Assembly: GCF_004010195.1 (NCBI RefSeq)
Contig: NC_057718.1
Location: forward strand, 16,708,192 to 16,772,191
DNA: 64,000 nt
Direction: 5' to 3'
DNA from: Chiloscyllium plagiosum
Taxonomy: Eukaryota
Within the stretch, counting starts at the first letter, position 1. Each line of letters begins with the position of its first letter. This document shows, piece after piece, positions 1 through 13,050 of the stretch. The translations under genes were made by a program, and so were the position numbers. Under the pieces are notes generated by a model. The model was not told the DNA's origin. It was given only the letters and a program-made list of their open reading frames with translations, and did not search any database.

Positions 1-1699
1 TGATAAACATTCTGCTTTTGTTTCAAATTGATGAAACGTTCTTCAAATTTTATGAACCATTTGTTAATTAATGTTAGAGAGTCTGCTTTCCAGCTGCTTA
101 AAGTGTTTTGTAAAATGAGGGGTATTAATTTATAAAATAAAGTTTCAAAATCTACCTGAATTTTGCTATCAAAAATAATCTGTAAATTTCAAACATTCAC
201 AACATTGGAATATATAAAACCACAGATTGATTATTATTCCCTGCAGAAATGTGCAAAAACAATCTTGTTATACATCTGGTACTACAATGATTAATAAGTT
301 AGCAATACATGCTAACCCATTTGAATTTCTGTTTCATCCTCATCAATTTTTAACTTATAATTATTTCAATAATCTTTTTACTGACAGAGCCCCAAAGCAA
401 ACTTTGCCCAAGTACACAGACAATGCCAGCTGGCTCATTTTAAATGTATTAATGTGACAAGTCAGCCAGTAAGGGGATGTTGCAGCTTCAGTTCTGGAAA
501 AGGTGGAAGAGTGAGAATTAAAACTGTAACAAACCTTCGTGGCATTTTATGAGACTAGTTTAGCTACAAATGTCTTCACATTACTTTGTTGCATTTATAA
601 TTTTTTTAGTTCTACATAGCCTTTTTGAACCCTCATTTTGCTTCCCATTTACCCCCTCAATCACACATCATGCAGAATTTCAAAATAACAGAAGAAATTT
701 CAAATTTTATTAAACTGGAAAAAAATTAAATATAAAATACATCATCAAAATGTTAAAATATGATGTACAGGTCAACTCAACTGGGAAAAAAAACTGAAGT
801 AAAATCTAGGATCATTAAACTGAAACCAGTGGCCAAGCTTTTGTGGAATCTAGAAAATGCTGCAGACCTTTAAAAATGACAGATAGGAGATGGATGAAGA
901 AATAAAATCCCCATTTCTGATAGAATCAATTTTTGCCATTGAGTGAAAGGGTAGGGTGTGGTGCACACAGATGGGAAATTGGAATTCAGCAGGAACATTC
1001 AAATTAGTCCATGCAAACCCTATTTTGTTTGTTTTTAAGGCCTTAGCCCAACTGTGGAGTCATGAACTGATGGAGTAAACTTAACTTACCTGAAACAGAT
1101 ATTGACATTTTAAATTTAAATCCTCAATTTTTTAAACATAAAATAAACAGGTTGGAGCTGTTAATGTGAGTTAGTAAAAAGACCTTTTGCTGGAGTAAAT
1201 GTTAGAGAAAAACTGCTGGTCTATTTTGATTGATAGGCCATCTGTTTTTTAAATGACCAATTTTTGTGTAGTTTCATTAGAATTCTTCGTTGATATTTTC
1301 CCAAGGGCTCTTATTATGTTATTATGAAAGGTTGGCTGAGTTTCAAACATGACATCTTAACAGGATGTTCTGAGTTCACTGTGTGATTGATAGCTTAAAG
1401 GAGCTATTAAAGGAATGCTCGCATTTGATGTGGCATTTGAGTGATAGTCTATTTTTAAAGGAGTTAAGTAATTTGAGGAGATTTAAAAGCTTTGAATCAG
1501 TTTCATGAATTATATGATTTAGCTATCAACTGTGTGTGAATGAGAGCTGTATTAGATTGTAATAATTATTTTTTCACCTTCATATGGTTCCTAAAATCTG
1601 TCTATGCTGGATATTGGTCAGTGTCTATGAAGGTGGAATGTAGAGTTTGAGGGGCCATGAGAGTAAATGAGGGTCACGATTTAGCATGGAATTGTCATG

Positions 1700-2161
1700 G
1701 GGTTAAGAAGAAAGGAGGAGGACATGCCTCCATCTTTATCAACGAAGTGGAGGTGGAGAGTGGTGAAGACTGTCAAGTTCCTAGGAGTAATGATAACCAA
1801 CAACCTGTCCTGGACTTCCGACGCAGACGCAATGGTCATGAAAGCACAACTCAGGCGGCTTAGGAAATTCAGCATGTCCATAAAGGACCCTCACCAACCT
1901 TTACAGATGCACCATAGAAAGCATACCATCCAGATGCATAATGGCCCGATACTACAACTGCTTTGCCCACGACCGTAAGAAATTACAGAAGGTTATGTGC
2001 GCAGGCCAGACCATCATGGAAGCCAACCTCCCAACCATGGACTCCATTTACACTTCTCGTTCTTGTGGAAAGTCTGCTAACATCATCAAACATCACACCC
2101 GCCATGGCAATGCTATTCTACAACCTGTTCCGTCAGGTAGAAGATACAGAAGCTTGAACAC
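1700..2161 (+). mobile_element. Rex1/Babar LINE, 3' ORF fragment (left part, split by a CR1 insertion)
   Basis: Frameshifted peptides VKFLGVMITNNLSWTS...LRRLRKF and DRKKLQKV...NLPTMDSIY...PSGRRYRSLNT, typical of the Rex1 C-terminus. Confidence 0.8.
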
Positions 2162-3228
2162 ACTGGCTCAAAGGTAGAAGACAGAGAGTGGTGGTGGAGG
2201 GTTGTTTTTCAGACTGGAGGCCTGTGACCAGTGGAGTGCCACAAGGATCGGTGCTGGGTCCTCTACTTTTTGTCATTTACATAAATGATTTGGATGTGAG
2301 CATAAGAGGTACAGTTAGTAAGTTTGCAGATGACACCAAAATTGGAGGTGTAGTGGACAGCGAAAAGGGTTACCTCAGATTACAACAGGATCTTGACCAG
2401 ATGGGCCAGTGGGCTGAGAAGTGGCAGATGGAGTTTAATTCAGATAAATGTGAGGTGCTGCATTTTGGGAAAGCAAATCTTAGCAGGACTTATATACTTA
2501 ATGGTAAAGTCCTAGCGAGTGTTGCTGAACAAAGAGACCTTGAAAGTGGAATCGCAGATAGATAGGATAGTGAAGGCGGCGTTTGGTATGCTTTCCTTTA
2601 TTGGTCAGAGTATTGAGTACAGGAGTTGGGAGGTCATGTTGCGGCTGTACAGGACATTGGTTAGGCCACTGTTGGAATATTGCGTGCAATTCTAGTCTCC
2701 TTCCTATGAGAAAGATGATGAGAAACTTGAAAGGATTCAGAAAACATATACAAGGATGTTGCCAGGGTTGGAAGATTTGAGCTATAGGGAGAGGCTGAAC
2801 AGGCTGAGGCTGTTTTCCCTGGAGCGTTGGAGGCTGAGGGGTGACCTTATAGAGGTTCACAAAATTTTTTGAGGGGCATGGATAGGATAAATAGACAAAG
2901 TCTTTTCCTTGGGGTGGGGGAGTCCAGAACTAGAGGGCATAGGTTTAGGGTGAGAGCAGAAAGATATAAAAGAGACCTATAGGCAACTTTTTCACACAGA
3001 GGGTGGTACGTTTATGGAATGAGCTGCCAGAGGATGTGGTGGAGGCTGGTACAATTGCAACATTTAAGAGGCATTTGGATGGGTATATGAATAGGAAGGG
3101 TTTGGAGAGATATGGGCCGGGTGCTGGCAGGTGGGACTAGATTGGGTTGGGATATCTGGTCGGCATGGACAGGTTGGACCAAAGGGTCTGTTTCCATGCT
3201 GTACATTTCTATGACTCTATTACTCTAT
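2162..3228 (+). mobile_element. CR1-clade (HER1-like) LINE, 5'-truncated, inserted into the Rex1 copy
   Basis: RT motifs SGVPQGSVLGPLLFVIYINDLD, KFADDTKIGG, WQMEFNSDKCEVLHFG; 3' UTR ending in tctatgactctat repeats; small internal deletion near 2540. Confidence 0.92.
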
Positions 3229-3480
3229 AACAACATGTTCAAGAACAACTTCTTGCCTGCCTTTATGAGACTGATGAATGGAGTCTCTAACTTCAAACAA
3301 TGTAGATATGTTCATGTTGATCTTGCTTCATGTATCTCCTGTGCAGTGTAACCTGTATGTCTTGTTCTGTATAAGCACCCTATGATCTGTACATCCTTGT
3401 CTGCTATGATCTGCCTGTACTATTCATATCAAAGCTTTTCATACTTAGGTACACATGACTACAATAATAAATCAAATCAG
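3229..3480 (+). mobile_element. Rex1/Babar LINE 3' end (right part)
   Basis: FKNNFLPAFMRLMNG continues the Rex1 peptide broken at about 2161; ends in aataataaatcaaatca. Confidence 0.75.
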
Positions 3481-3519
3481 AATACGTGTTGGCATGAAGC
3501 TGCCATGAAAGAGGTGGTC

Positions 3520-3730
3520 AAATTCAGAAATCACATGGCCCAGGTTATAGTCCAACAGGTTTATTAAAAATCATAAGTTTGCAGAGCATAGCCCCTTCAT
3601 CAGATGAATTGAGAGGGAAGCACGCGGAACACAGAATCTATGGGCAGAAAGGTCAAAAAATCCTACAAATGGTGTGAGTGGAGTGTAGAATACTGTAATA
3701 AGTTTTTGCAGGTGACCAAGAGTGTTAGAG
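3520..3730 (-). mobile_element. Penelope-like terminal repeat fragment with degenerate hammerhead
   Basis: Similar to the arms of 29620-29817. Minus strand reads CTGATGA-AGGGGC-TAT-GCTCT-GCAAA (GAAA core mutated). Confidence 0.55.
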
Positions 3731-4693
3731 GTGGAGGAGGACAAAAGGGCCTAACAGCTTTTAAAACAACTTAACTTAAGCCTTTGACAATTGAGGCAGA
3801 CCTTCAACAAGTCTTCTTCATCATATTCTGATGACTGCAGCTACCTAAAGTATGTTTCCAGGGTCAACTAACCTGAATCTATCCTGCTCCAGCCTCCCAG
3901 AGTGATCATCAAGTTAAAAAGGGTCCTTTAAACAATAACATATATGCATTATTGTGACAATTCCCAATTCTAGCTACCCATTTCAGAATCAAATGTTTGG
4001 CCTTATGATTTGAGTACAGCTGCCATGAAACATATACAGCAAGTCAAGTCTTTTCTGTCATACTAATGGCATTTATGAGTGATTCATAAAGACAGGTCAT
4101 GGCTGGTTTTGAAGCAAGTGTTTTAAATCTATAAAGCTAATTCAATGAGTAAGGAATTGAAATAATTCCAATCATATATTATTGCTGAAAAATAATATTA
4201 TTATGTTTTATATGCATTTATTTTCCTGGAACAGCTACTTCAAATCAGGACAAGTTTCTCAATAACGTTGTGAATTAAACAAACATTCCTTCTATAAAGG
4301 AATGAGCAATCTAATTCCTTGGCCATCCTATTTCCAAAACAGGTAACAATGGACTAGATAGTCATTGGAGTATCGCAGATCGCAGTTGCATGCAAAATCA
4401 TGTGGAATCTCAGGCACAGCAGACACGATGGAAGTGAAGGGAAATTGCATCTGGAATACTCTGAAACAATTCATTGAAGTCAAAGAATTTAGGGAGTTCC
4501 ACTTTAATTAAACAAATAGTAATCCAGGAAAAGTTAAAATATTAAAAACTTAGTTTGATTTCTTAGTATCTTGAATATTGCTGAAAAGAGATATCTTTTG
4601 TTGATGCTTTTCATCTTGCACTCCTCAGGACATTTTGCTAGAAAATCAATTCAAAGGGAAAACCAACAGTTATGATGCATGACAGGAGACTGC

Positions 4694-5018
4694 AGATTGA
4701 TTAGATTAGATTAGATTACCTACAGTGTGGAAACAGACCCTTCGGCCCAACTATCCACACCGTCCCTCCAAAGAGTAACCCACCCGAACCCATTTCCCTC
4801 TGACTAATGCACCTAACACTATGGGCAATTTAGCATGGCCAATTCACCTGACCTGCACATTTTTGGACTGTGGGAGAAAACCGGAGCACCTGAAGGAAAC
4901 CCACGCAGACACAGGGATATTGTGCAAACTCCACAGACAGTCGCCTGAGGCTGGAATCGAACCAGGGACCCTGGTGCTGTGAGGCAGCAGTGTTAACCAC
5001 TGAGCCACCATGCCACCC
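4694..5018 (-). mobile_element. HE1-like tRNA-derived V-SINE, full length
   Basis: Minus-strand head with A box TGGCTCAGTGG and B box GGTTCGATTCC, V-domain GTGTCTGCGTGGGTTTCC, CR1-like 3' tail ending in (TCTAA)n. Confidence 0.88.
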
Positions 5019-5377
5019 CAGCCACTGTGCCGCCCCCTCAAGTGGACAATGATCAGTGGAAATTATGCCAAAGACAATGTTCCGATTTTTGATGATTTGA
5101 CAGTTAACAACCAGACTTTTAATTACAAACCAGGAAGGCTGACTCTGGGCATTTCTCTTAGAAATGAACAAATAAATTAACAAACGTGATCTATTTTGGT
5201 ACATTGAAACTGGCACAGTGTGCGTGTACATATTCTTTCTGTCTGAAAAGAATAGGATCCTGTATATCAATACACAGCTTCCAATGCACTCAGCAGCACC
5301 TCACTGCAAGCCCAAGTGACAATTATAAACTGATTGTCAGCATAATCTTCATATGCTCAAGATTATCCAGAAAACGC

Positions 5378-6790
5378 TGTAGGTCTCTTTTATATCTTTC
5401 CCCTCTCACCCTAAATCTATGCCCCCTAGTTCTGGACTCCCAGACACCAGGGAAAAGACTTTGCCTATTTAAGCTATCCCTAGAGTGAGAGGGGAAAGAT
5501 ATAAAAGAGACCTAAGGGGCAACTTTTTCACACAGAGGGTGGTACGTGTATGGAATGAGCTGCCAGAGGAAGTGGTGGAGGCTGGTACATTTGCAACATT
5601 TAAGAGACATTTGGATGTGTATATGAATAGGAAGGGTTTGGAGGGATATGGGCCGTGTGCTGGCATGTGGGACTAGATTGGGTGGGATATCTGGTCGGCA
5701 TGGACGGGTTGGACTGAAGGGTCTGTTTCCATGCTGTACATATCTATAACACTATGCCCTCTAGTTCTGGACTCCCCGACCCCCGGGAAAAGACTTTGTC
5801 TATTTACCCTATCCATGCCCCTTATAACTTTGTAAACTTCTATAAGGTCACCCCTCAGCCTCCGACGCTCCAGGGAAAGCTGCCCCAGCTGTTCAGCCTC
5901 TCCCTATAGCTCAAATCCTCCAACCCTGGCAACATCCTTGTAAATCTTTTCTGAACCCTTTCAAGTTTCACAACATCTTTCCGATAGGAAGGATTTGCTT
6001 TCCCAAAATGCAGCACCTCACATTTATCTGAATTAAACTCCATCTGCTACTTCGCTGCCCATTGGCCCATCTGGTCAAGATCCTGTTGTAATCTGAGGTA
6101 ATCCTCTTCGTTGTCTACTACACCTCCAATTTTGGTATCATCTGCAAACTTACTAACTGTACCTATTATGCTCACATCCAAATCATTTATGTAAATGACA
6201 AAAAGTAGAGGACCCAGCACCGATCCTTGTGGCACTCCACTGGTCACAGGTCTCCAGTCTGAAAAACTACCCTCCACCACCACCCTCTGTCTTCTACCTT
6301 TGAGCCAGTTCTGTATCCAAGTGGCTGGTTCTCCCTGTATTCCATGAAATCTAACTTTGCTAATCAGTCTCCCATGGTTGAACCTTGTCTGACACCTGAC
6401 TGAAATCCATATAGATCACATCTACTGCTCTGCCCTCAATCCTCTTTGTTACTTCTTCAAAAACTCAATCAAATTTGTGAGACTTGATGTCCCACATACA
6501 AAGCCATGTTGACTATCCCTAATCAGTCCTTGCCTTTCCAAATACATGTAAATCCTGTCCCTCAGGATTCCCTCCAACAACTTGCCCACCATCGATGTCA
6601 GGCTCACTGGTCTATAGTTCCCTAGCTTGTCCTTACTACCCTTCTTAAACAGTGGCACTATGTTAGCCAATTTCCAGTCTTCAGGCACCTCACCTGTGAC
6701 TATTGATGATATAATATCTCAACAAGAGGCCCAGCAATCACTTCTCTAGCAACCCAAAGAGTTCTAGGGTATACCTGATCAGGTCCTTTT
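5378..6790. mobile_element. Rearranged CR1 (HER1-like) cluster: minus 5378-5480, plus 3' end 5483-5750, minus RT body 5751-6790
   Basis: ORFs 5485-5676(+), 5855-6043(-), 6047-6283(-) and 6449-6688(-) all give CR1 ORF2 peptides (NYRPVSLTS, QHGF, GVPQGSVLGP, FADD). Confidence 0.88.
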
Positions 6791-7864
6791 CTATAGTGAA
6801 TTGCTTATTAAATAGGTTCATATGGAATCACATATCCAAGTAGTATACCACATCTTTTATGCTCTATATGGGAATAATTAAATTGTACTTGCAATAGATT
6901 TTTGGATCCAAATGCAACTGGTTTGCCATGTTGTATGAAGAATGTCAGAATCAGATGTGAAGGGCACCATTAAGGGCAAGATAGGTAGTCAGTGAGGGGT
7001 TTGGTAAGATCTCACTAGGGCTTGTGGAAAGAAACCCCCATAAAAATAGACAAAACTGACAATGTAAATAAATGTAAGATTCAGCCCTAAGCATCACATC
7101 CACAATGGGGAAAACCTGTTGAACTTCTGGTTGAAGGTTCTTCTACTCTGAATGACCATTATTGTTAGTCTTCCTGCTAACATCATGTACATGTTTGTGC
7201 TTATACAGATATCAATCACATTCCCTATTTCTGCTGCCTGCATACTGCATATACTTTTTGTTTCAGTCCTATTGTAGCCTCCGTTTATACCTCTGGAACC
7301 ACACTTCTTGAGTAACATCATTTGCAAAAATCTTGGAAGACAGGAAGCTTCATAATGGGTGCAATAGACCCACTTTCCCACATAGCTTGTTTTGTGTTTT
7401 CCTGGCTATTGTGCCAATATTGGTAACTGCAATTAATGCTTGCAAATGTTTTTTGTCCAGTGACAATGATACCATATTTCCTGCCTCTGAAAAATCACAG
7501 TCCTCACTCCAGCCATAACACGTACTGACAAATTGATTCTTCCTTTAGTTACCAAATAGATGCTCTAGACAGTGAAATCTAAAGTTTACTTTTATATGAA
7601 GTTGATTTTGCCATGGTTTAGCAAGATCTCATTGATTCATTTCAGACATTCCTGAGGTAGTGATCAAATGCAACCCCTTGTTTCCTATAGTCCCAAGTAG
7701 CTTCTACGCTGGTTCAAGTTTGCTGGAGCCTTCAAACTTACATCATACCTTATTTTTGAAGAACAACCACCAGCTTTGTACATCACGCTGTGCTTTCTTG
7801 TGTTGTTTATGCGTAACACAGATTGAGTAGTGAGGATTCAGCTTGCTTGAAAATCTCCAACAGG

Positions 7865-8545
7865 TTTACTTGCTTTTCCTGATATATATTAATGATCTTG
7901 ATCTCAGTATGCACAGGGCAATTTCAAAGTTTGCAAATGACACAAAACCTGGAAGAATTGCAAACTGTGAGGAAGATTGTATAGAACTCCAGAGGACAAA
8001 GGCAAGTTGCTGGAGTGTGCAAATAGACAGCAAACACATTTGCATGCAGAGAAGTACGAGTGTTTGGAAAACATTGAAAGATAATGGAAAATAGGAGGTA
8101 CAATTCCAAAGTGTGTGCAGGAGCAGAGGGACCTGGGTGTACACAGGCACAGATCATTGAAAGTATCAGGACTGGTAGAGAAAGCAATAAGTAAAGCAAG
8201 GGCACAGAGTACAAGAGCAGGGGGGTTATGTGGAACTTCTATAAGACACGTGTTAGACTGTGTACAGTGTACAGTTCTGGGCATCACCTTATAGAAAGGA
8301 TGTAAATGCATTTGAGAGAGATTTTCATGCAGAGGGTTGTGCATATATGGAATGAGCTGCCAGAGGAAGTGGTGGAGGTACAGTTACAACATTTAAAAGG
8401 CATCTGGATGAGTACATGAATTGGAAGTGTTTAGAGGGATACGGGCAAATCCTAGCAAATGGGACTAGCTTAATTTAGGATAGCAGGTTGCATGGATGAT
8501 TTGGATCGAAGGGTCTGTTTCAGTGCTATACAACTCTATGACTGT
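7865..8545 (+). mobile_element. Degenerate CR1 LINE 3' portion
   Basis: LFLIYINDLD...ISKFANDTK peptide; 3' UTR similar to the 2162-3228 copy, ending ctctatgact. Confidence 0.8.
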
Positions 8546-10929
8546 GTTAACAAATCAGACTACATCTTGCAATTGCAGATATATAGATGCATACAATCTC
8601 CAGCGACAATATTTTTTGCTGGAACTGCACATGGCAGTTGGTAATGAGATTTACATCCTGAATCCATGGTTCATGAACATATCATACTCTTAAAGCACTA
8701 TCACAACACTGAGGAATTTGATTGCCTGGCTGTGAGTTCTATTCGCCAAAAATACAATGTATAAATATTATCACTGGTCATTTGGTCCATTGTGACTGTA
8801 CCAATTTCCTATTAAGACCATCTATTTGGATTCATTTTCAGTCACTTTGTATCTACATTTTTCTTCACGTGTTTAATTTTCCCTTAAATGTTGAGAAACA
8901 CATTCTCTAAAACACAGAATATGTTAGTCACTGTTATAATAATATTTTCATACTTAATTTATGCAACAGCATGGATTCAGCATGAAATGCAGAGTACTGA
9001 GCACCGGAATTGCATTCTCAATTGGCTGGCCTGCCTCCACTGAAGCACATAAATGACATTGCAGCTGTACTATGCCAACTCCACGATAGGAATTGGAGCA
9101 GGCACAGTCCTTCAGAAACCAATGTGTATTATAAGAGTGAGACTCTGCAGCTACTTACTAGTGCAAATCTTCCCCTCCTAAACTGATGAAGAAGTATACA
9201 CATATGCAGCCAATTGAACTAAGCTGTTTTAGTTTCTTTAAAATTTTGGGAGCTCCATTCTGTACCCTTGAGTACATGCATGCACCATTGTGAATTGGAT
9301 GCGAGTGCCTCTACACTATATTACTGCTCCAAGTTTCAGAAGGAACCACAGTGCTATTGACTACAGCACAAAAAAACCCAATTGAAGCAAGTGAGATGAT
9401 ACTGCTTAATGTGCATCACTCCTGCTGACTTCTTTAATATAACAAGGGATTAATCACAGACTTTATACTGGTTTAACTGGGAAGGGAGGGGAACATCTGA
9501 TCCCAGTTGGACCAGGGTGTTGCATCTTCCTCCACATTTCTTCATTCTCCTATTGACTGCTGGCTTATGCTCCATCCCGCACTGCGTCTCACTAACTAAC
9601 AGCTCATGTTCCATCTGGTGCTGTCTGCCTTTGTTTACTGCCTTTTTAAGCTGCTTCACTGCGCTAAAATAAATATTTTTTAAGAATGTCAAAAATGATC
9701 AGTTTTATTCATAGAGATTCTTGTCATTTTTAACAGTTACACCAAGAATAAGTGCCTTCAACTTTTTTCAAAAAAATGTATTTTAATTGGTATTAAAGTC
9801 TGTGTCATATTTCATTCCCTTTTTGAACTCAAATTTTCCTCACATAGGCTTTGAGAATCAGTCAGGGTGTCATTAGCAGGAATAAAAAAAACAGTTTTAT
9901 GAAGTATTCAAAAATGAGCCAGATTAGATTGCATAAATTCATATATTACTTATTTGCAAAGTAACATTTTCCTTTTAATATAAGGATGGAGAAGCAACAA
10001 TCCCAGAGAAAAAAAGTTTTTATTGTCTCAAATTTTATATTTCAGAAAGCTAGTTGATGAAGGATAGAATGCAAGCTAATCTTTTACACATTTTTCTAGT
10101 GATTTGTTACCAGATAAAGTACAAGCAAACACCTCCTAAACCAACCACTGGTTTCAATTTCTGTCAACTTATAAGGAAACTAGTAAATCCTTGTTTAATA
10201 TCTGTCATCTATATATAATTTACAGATTTTCTTCTTTATCTTTAAACAAAAATAACTTCTATAAATTTCAATAAAAGTTAAATAAAATATCATCAGATTA
10301 TGTACATAGCATTTCAAGATGCACCTCCTCTAGGATCTCTAACAAGTCATTTATACATGTATTTCTGTTTATAAAGCGACTTCAGTTTGTGTTACGTCCC
10401 CATAGAGATTGTTATGTTTAACAAAAAACAAATTAGTTAATAACTGAAAAACCATATCAGTTTTCACATTAAGATTTTTATGATAACAAATAAATTAAAA
10501 ATTAACTAAACACTATTTTATAGGTAACTAATATTTTAAAAGATAGAAATAAATGTTCGCCATCTATATATACTTTCCACAAAATCACAGTCCTTGTTTC
10601 AAACAGTTCACGGTTACCCCATACTTCTTACAGACTCACATTTCCCCCTTACTGTAACTATGGGTAACCATCTCTATGTGCTTCCCTCAGTATCTGGAGA
10701 AATTTCCAAATCCAATTATTCTTCTTTCCCTGTGACAAAGTCAGCACATATCTCTCAGAATCCTGAGATTGGTGAGGGATGCTTCTCTCTGACTAGTGTC
10801 TGACACCTTCCTGCATCTGGTTTTGGCAGTTCACAAACAGCCTGCAGTCTCTTCTCTCTGCTGACCACACCAATTGCTGTTTATTTCTTACCTCGTCCTT
10901 ACCTTCTGCCATAAGCTTGGAGTAAGCAA

Positions 10930-11900
10930 GTCTATTTACTATTAATACAACTACTCTTGCCTTTGTTTCTAGGTGTGAAAATGTTTTACAGGCACAAACC
11001 AGACACAAAGTAATAATTTAGCTTCTCTGCCATTTTGCCATTCCCAATTCTAAATTCTCCTGTCTGTGTTTGAAATGGATCCACATTCATATTAGCCAAA
11101 TGTTTCCTTTTTATGTACCTAAAGAACTTTTACTATCCATTTTTATGTCTTTTTGCTAGATTGTTCATGTTCAATTTGCCCTTTCTTTACCAGTTTCTTG
11201 CCTGTATGCTTATTGAATTTTTGTACCTGAAAGGAATGTAAAATTGCTGTAATCCATGTAATCATTTTTCACAGACTATTCATTACTTATGTACAGTCAT
11301 GCCTTTTAATGTATTTTCCCAATCCACCTTGATCATTTTGTACCTTCATAATTTCCCTCCTCCAAATTTAAGGCTCTTGCTATAGATTGAACTAACTCAA
11401 ATATAAAGTAAAATTCTATCATATTGTGGTCACACACATTCATAAAGGTTTTTTTACAAAAATATTAATTAGCCCTTCCTCATCAAATGACACTAGATCA
11501 AAAATAGCATACTATTTAATCAGTTCAACCTACTGCTCTCGAAAACCATCCCCAACATACTCCAGAAACCTGGCTTTTATAACTGTTGTGCTTAATTGGA
11601 TTACCCAGTCTAAATGCTAGTTGAAGTCACTCAATGATTAGAGTATTCTCATTTTATATGCTTCTCTCATTTTCTGATTAATACCATGTCCCACACCACC
11701 ACTACAATTTGATGGCTCATAAATAACTCCAAACAATGTCTGCTGCCCCTTACAGCTTCTTACTTATATCCTAACAGATTCCACACATCTTTTTTCTGAT
11801 CTGAGACCCTCTCTGTCAAAAAATACTGATTCAATCTCTTATTATCATCGCAACTCCACCTCCTTTTCCTTCCAGCCTGTCCTTCCCTAATGAATATCCA
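10930..11900 (-). mobile_element. Old CR1 LINE ORF2 5' (endonuclease) region
   Basis: Degenerate sequence recognisable as the reverse complement of the CR1 endonuclease/linker region; no long ORF remains. Confidence 0.55.
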
Positions 11901-11909
11901 GTTCCCAGT

Positions 11910-12233
11910 CTTTTTTTATTCATTCATGAGATGAGGGCATCGCTGGCAGGCCAGAATTTATTGCTCATGCCTATTTGCCCAGGGGGCAGCTAAGAGTCAA
12001 TCACATTGTTGTGGGTCTGGAGTCACATGGAGGCCAGACCAGGTAAGAGTGGCAGTTTCCTTCCCTAAAGGACAGTAGTGAACCAGATGGGTTTTTCTGA
12101 TAACCGACAATCATCATTAGAATCTTAATTCCAGAATTTTATTGAATTCAAATTCCACCACCATTCCCCAGAACAGTACTTGTGTCTTTGGATTAACAGT
12201 CCAGCGATAATAGCACTAGGCCCTCGCCTCCCC
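11910..12233 (-). mobile_element. tRNA-derived SINE with L2-type 3' tail (SacSINE/DeuSINE-like)
   Basis: Minus-strand head GGGAGGCGAGGGCCTAGTGC, core AAACCCATCTGGTTCACTACTGTCCTTTAGGGAAGG, tail ATGAATGAATAAAAAA. Related copies at about 39220-39420 and 61510-61740. Confidence 0.75.
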
Positions 12234-12249
12234 ATAAACATAGCAATTT

Positions 12250-13050
12250 CGTTTCTAGAGCCCAGTCTTTACATTGTCCACCACCATTTACAACTGGATT
12301 TGGAAGGACTGCAAAGTTTAGGCCTCATCTGTTCTTGTGAAATTGTTTAGCACTGTCTGTCACTTGTTGCTTATTTGGCATGCAAGTAGTCCTGTGCTGT
12401 AATTTCACCAGATTGACATCTCATTTTTAGGCATGACTAGTGCTGCTCCTGGCATGCCCTCCTGCACTCTTCATTGAATCTGGCTTGATGGTAATGATGG
12501 AATCAGGATGTGCCAAGCCATGGGATTGTTGATTGTGTTGGTATACAATGCGGCCGCTGCCAACATCACTTCATGGATGCTCAGACTTGAGTTGCTAGAT
12601 TTATTTTTAATCCATCACAATTAGCATGATGGTAGTGTCATGTAACATGAAGCAATGCATCCTCAGTGGGAAGACAGAAAGCCACGGTCAGTCTGCTCAT
12701 TCACATTGAATCTTGCTGTCATCCTTATCAGCTGCAGGAACCTCAAATCTGTTGACTGTGTATCCTCAAACTGAACCTTCTTGGTCTCTTAGCCTACCTG
12801 ACTCTCAATCACATCTATCTGTCCTGAATACTGATCAAATCAGATGATGCTAACCCAAAGGGTGTGACTGCCTTCGGAAAGGAAGTGTCCAGTAAATCTC
12901 ACCCTTCCTGATGTGTTATAATGTACACAACTCTGTTTCTTGCTCAAAGAACTCTGAGCTAAAGCTCCTTTATCTGGACACTTATCGCAGATGTGGTTGT
13001 CATGGTTTGCTGTGGCATCCAAGGGCTACCACATACTGCAGCCATGATTC
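12250..13050 (-). mobile_element. Old LINE fragments (CR1/L2 clade, including a CR1 ORF1-like start)
   Basis: ORF 12840-13022(-) contains DNHICDKC, like the Cys motif at the CR1 ORF1 N-terminus; the adjacent sequence is degenerate LINE. Confidence 0.45.

Noticed and set aside
4940..5018. tRNA gene
   Set aside because: A and B boxes belong to the HE1 SINE head and run directly into the SINE body.
7094..7800. Coding-looking stretch with short ORFs on both strands
   Set aside because: No recognisable protein motif or splice-consistent exon; may be an unidentified old transposon.
9450..9692. Minus-strand ORF with a good-looking acceptor (tttattttag) as the next SDCCAG8 exon
   Set aside because: The required phase-0 reading gives RSEAA-stop, and no frame resembles the expected EIEKL...EEC..L..LLGE peptide.
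10389..10930. Possible LTR fragment starting tgttacgtcccc
   Set aside because: No definable right end or TSD.
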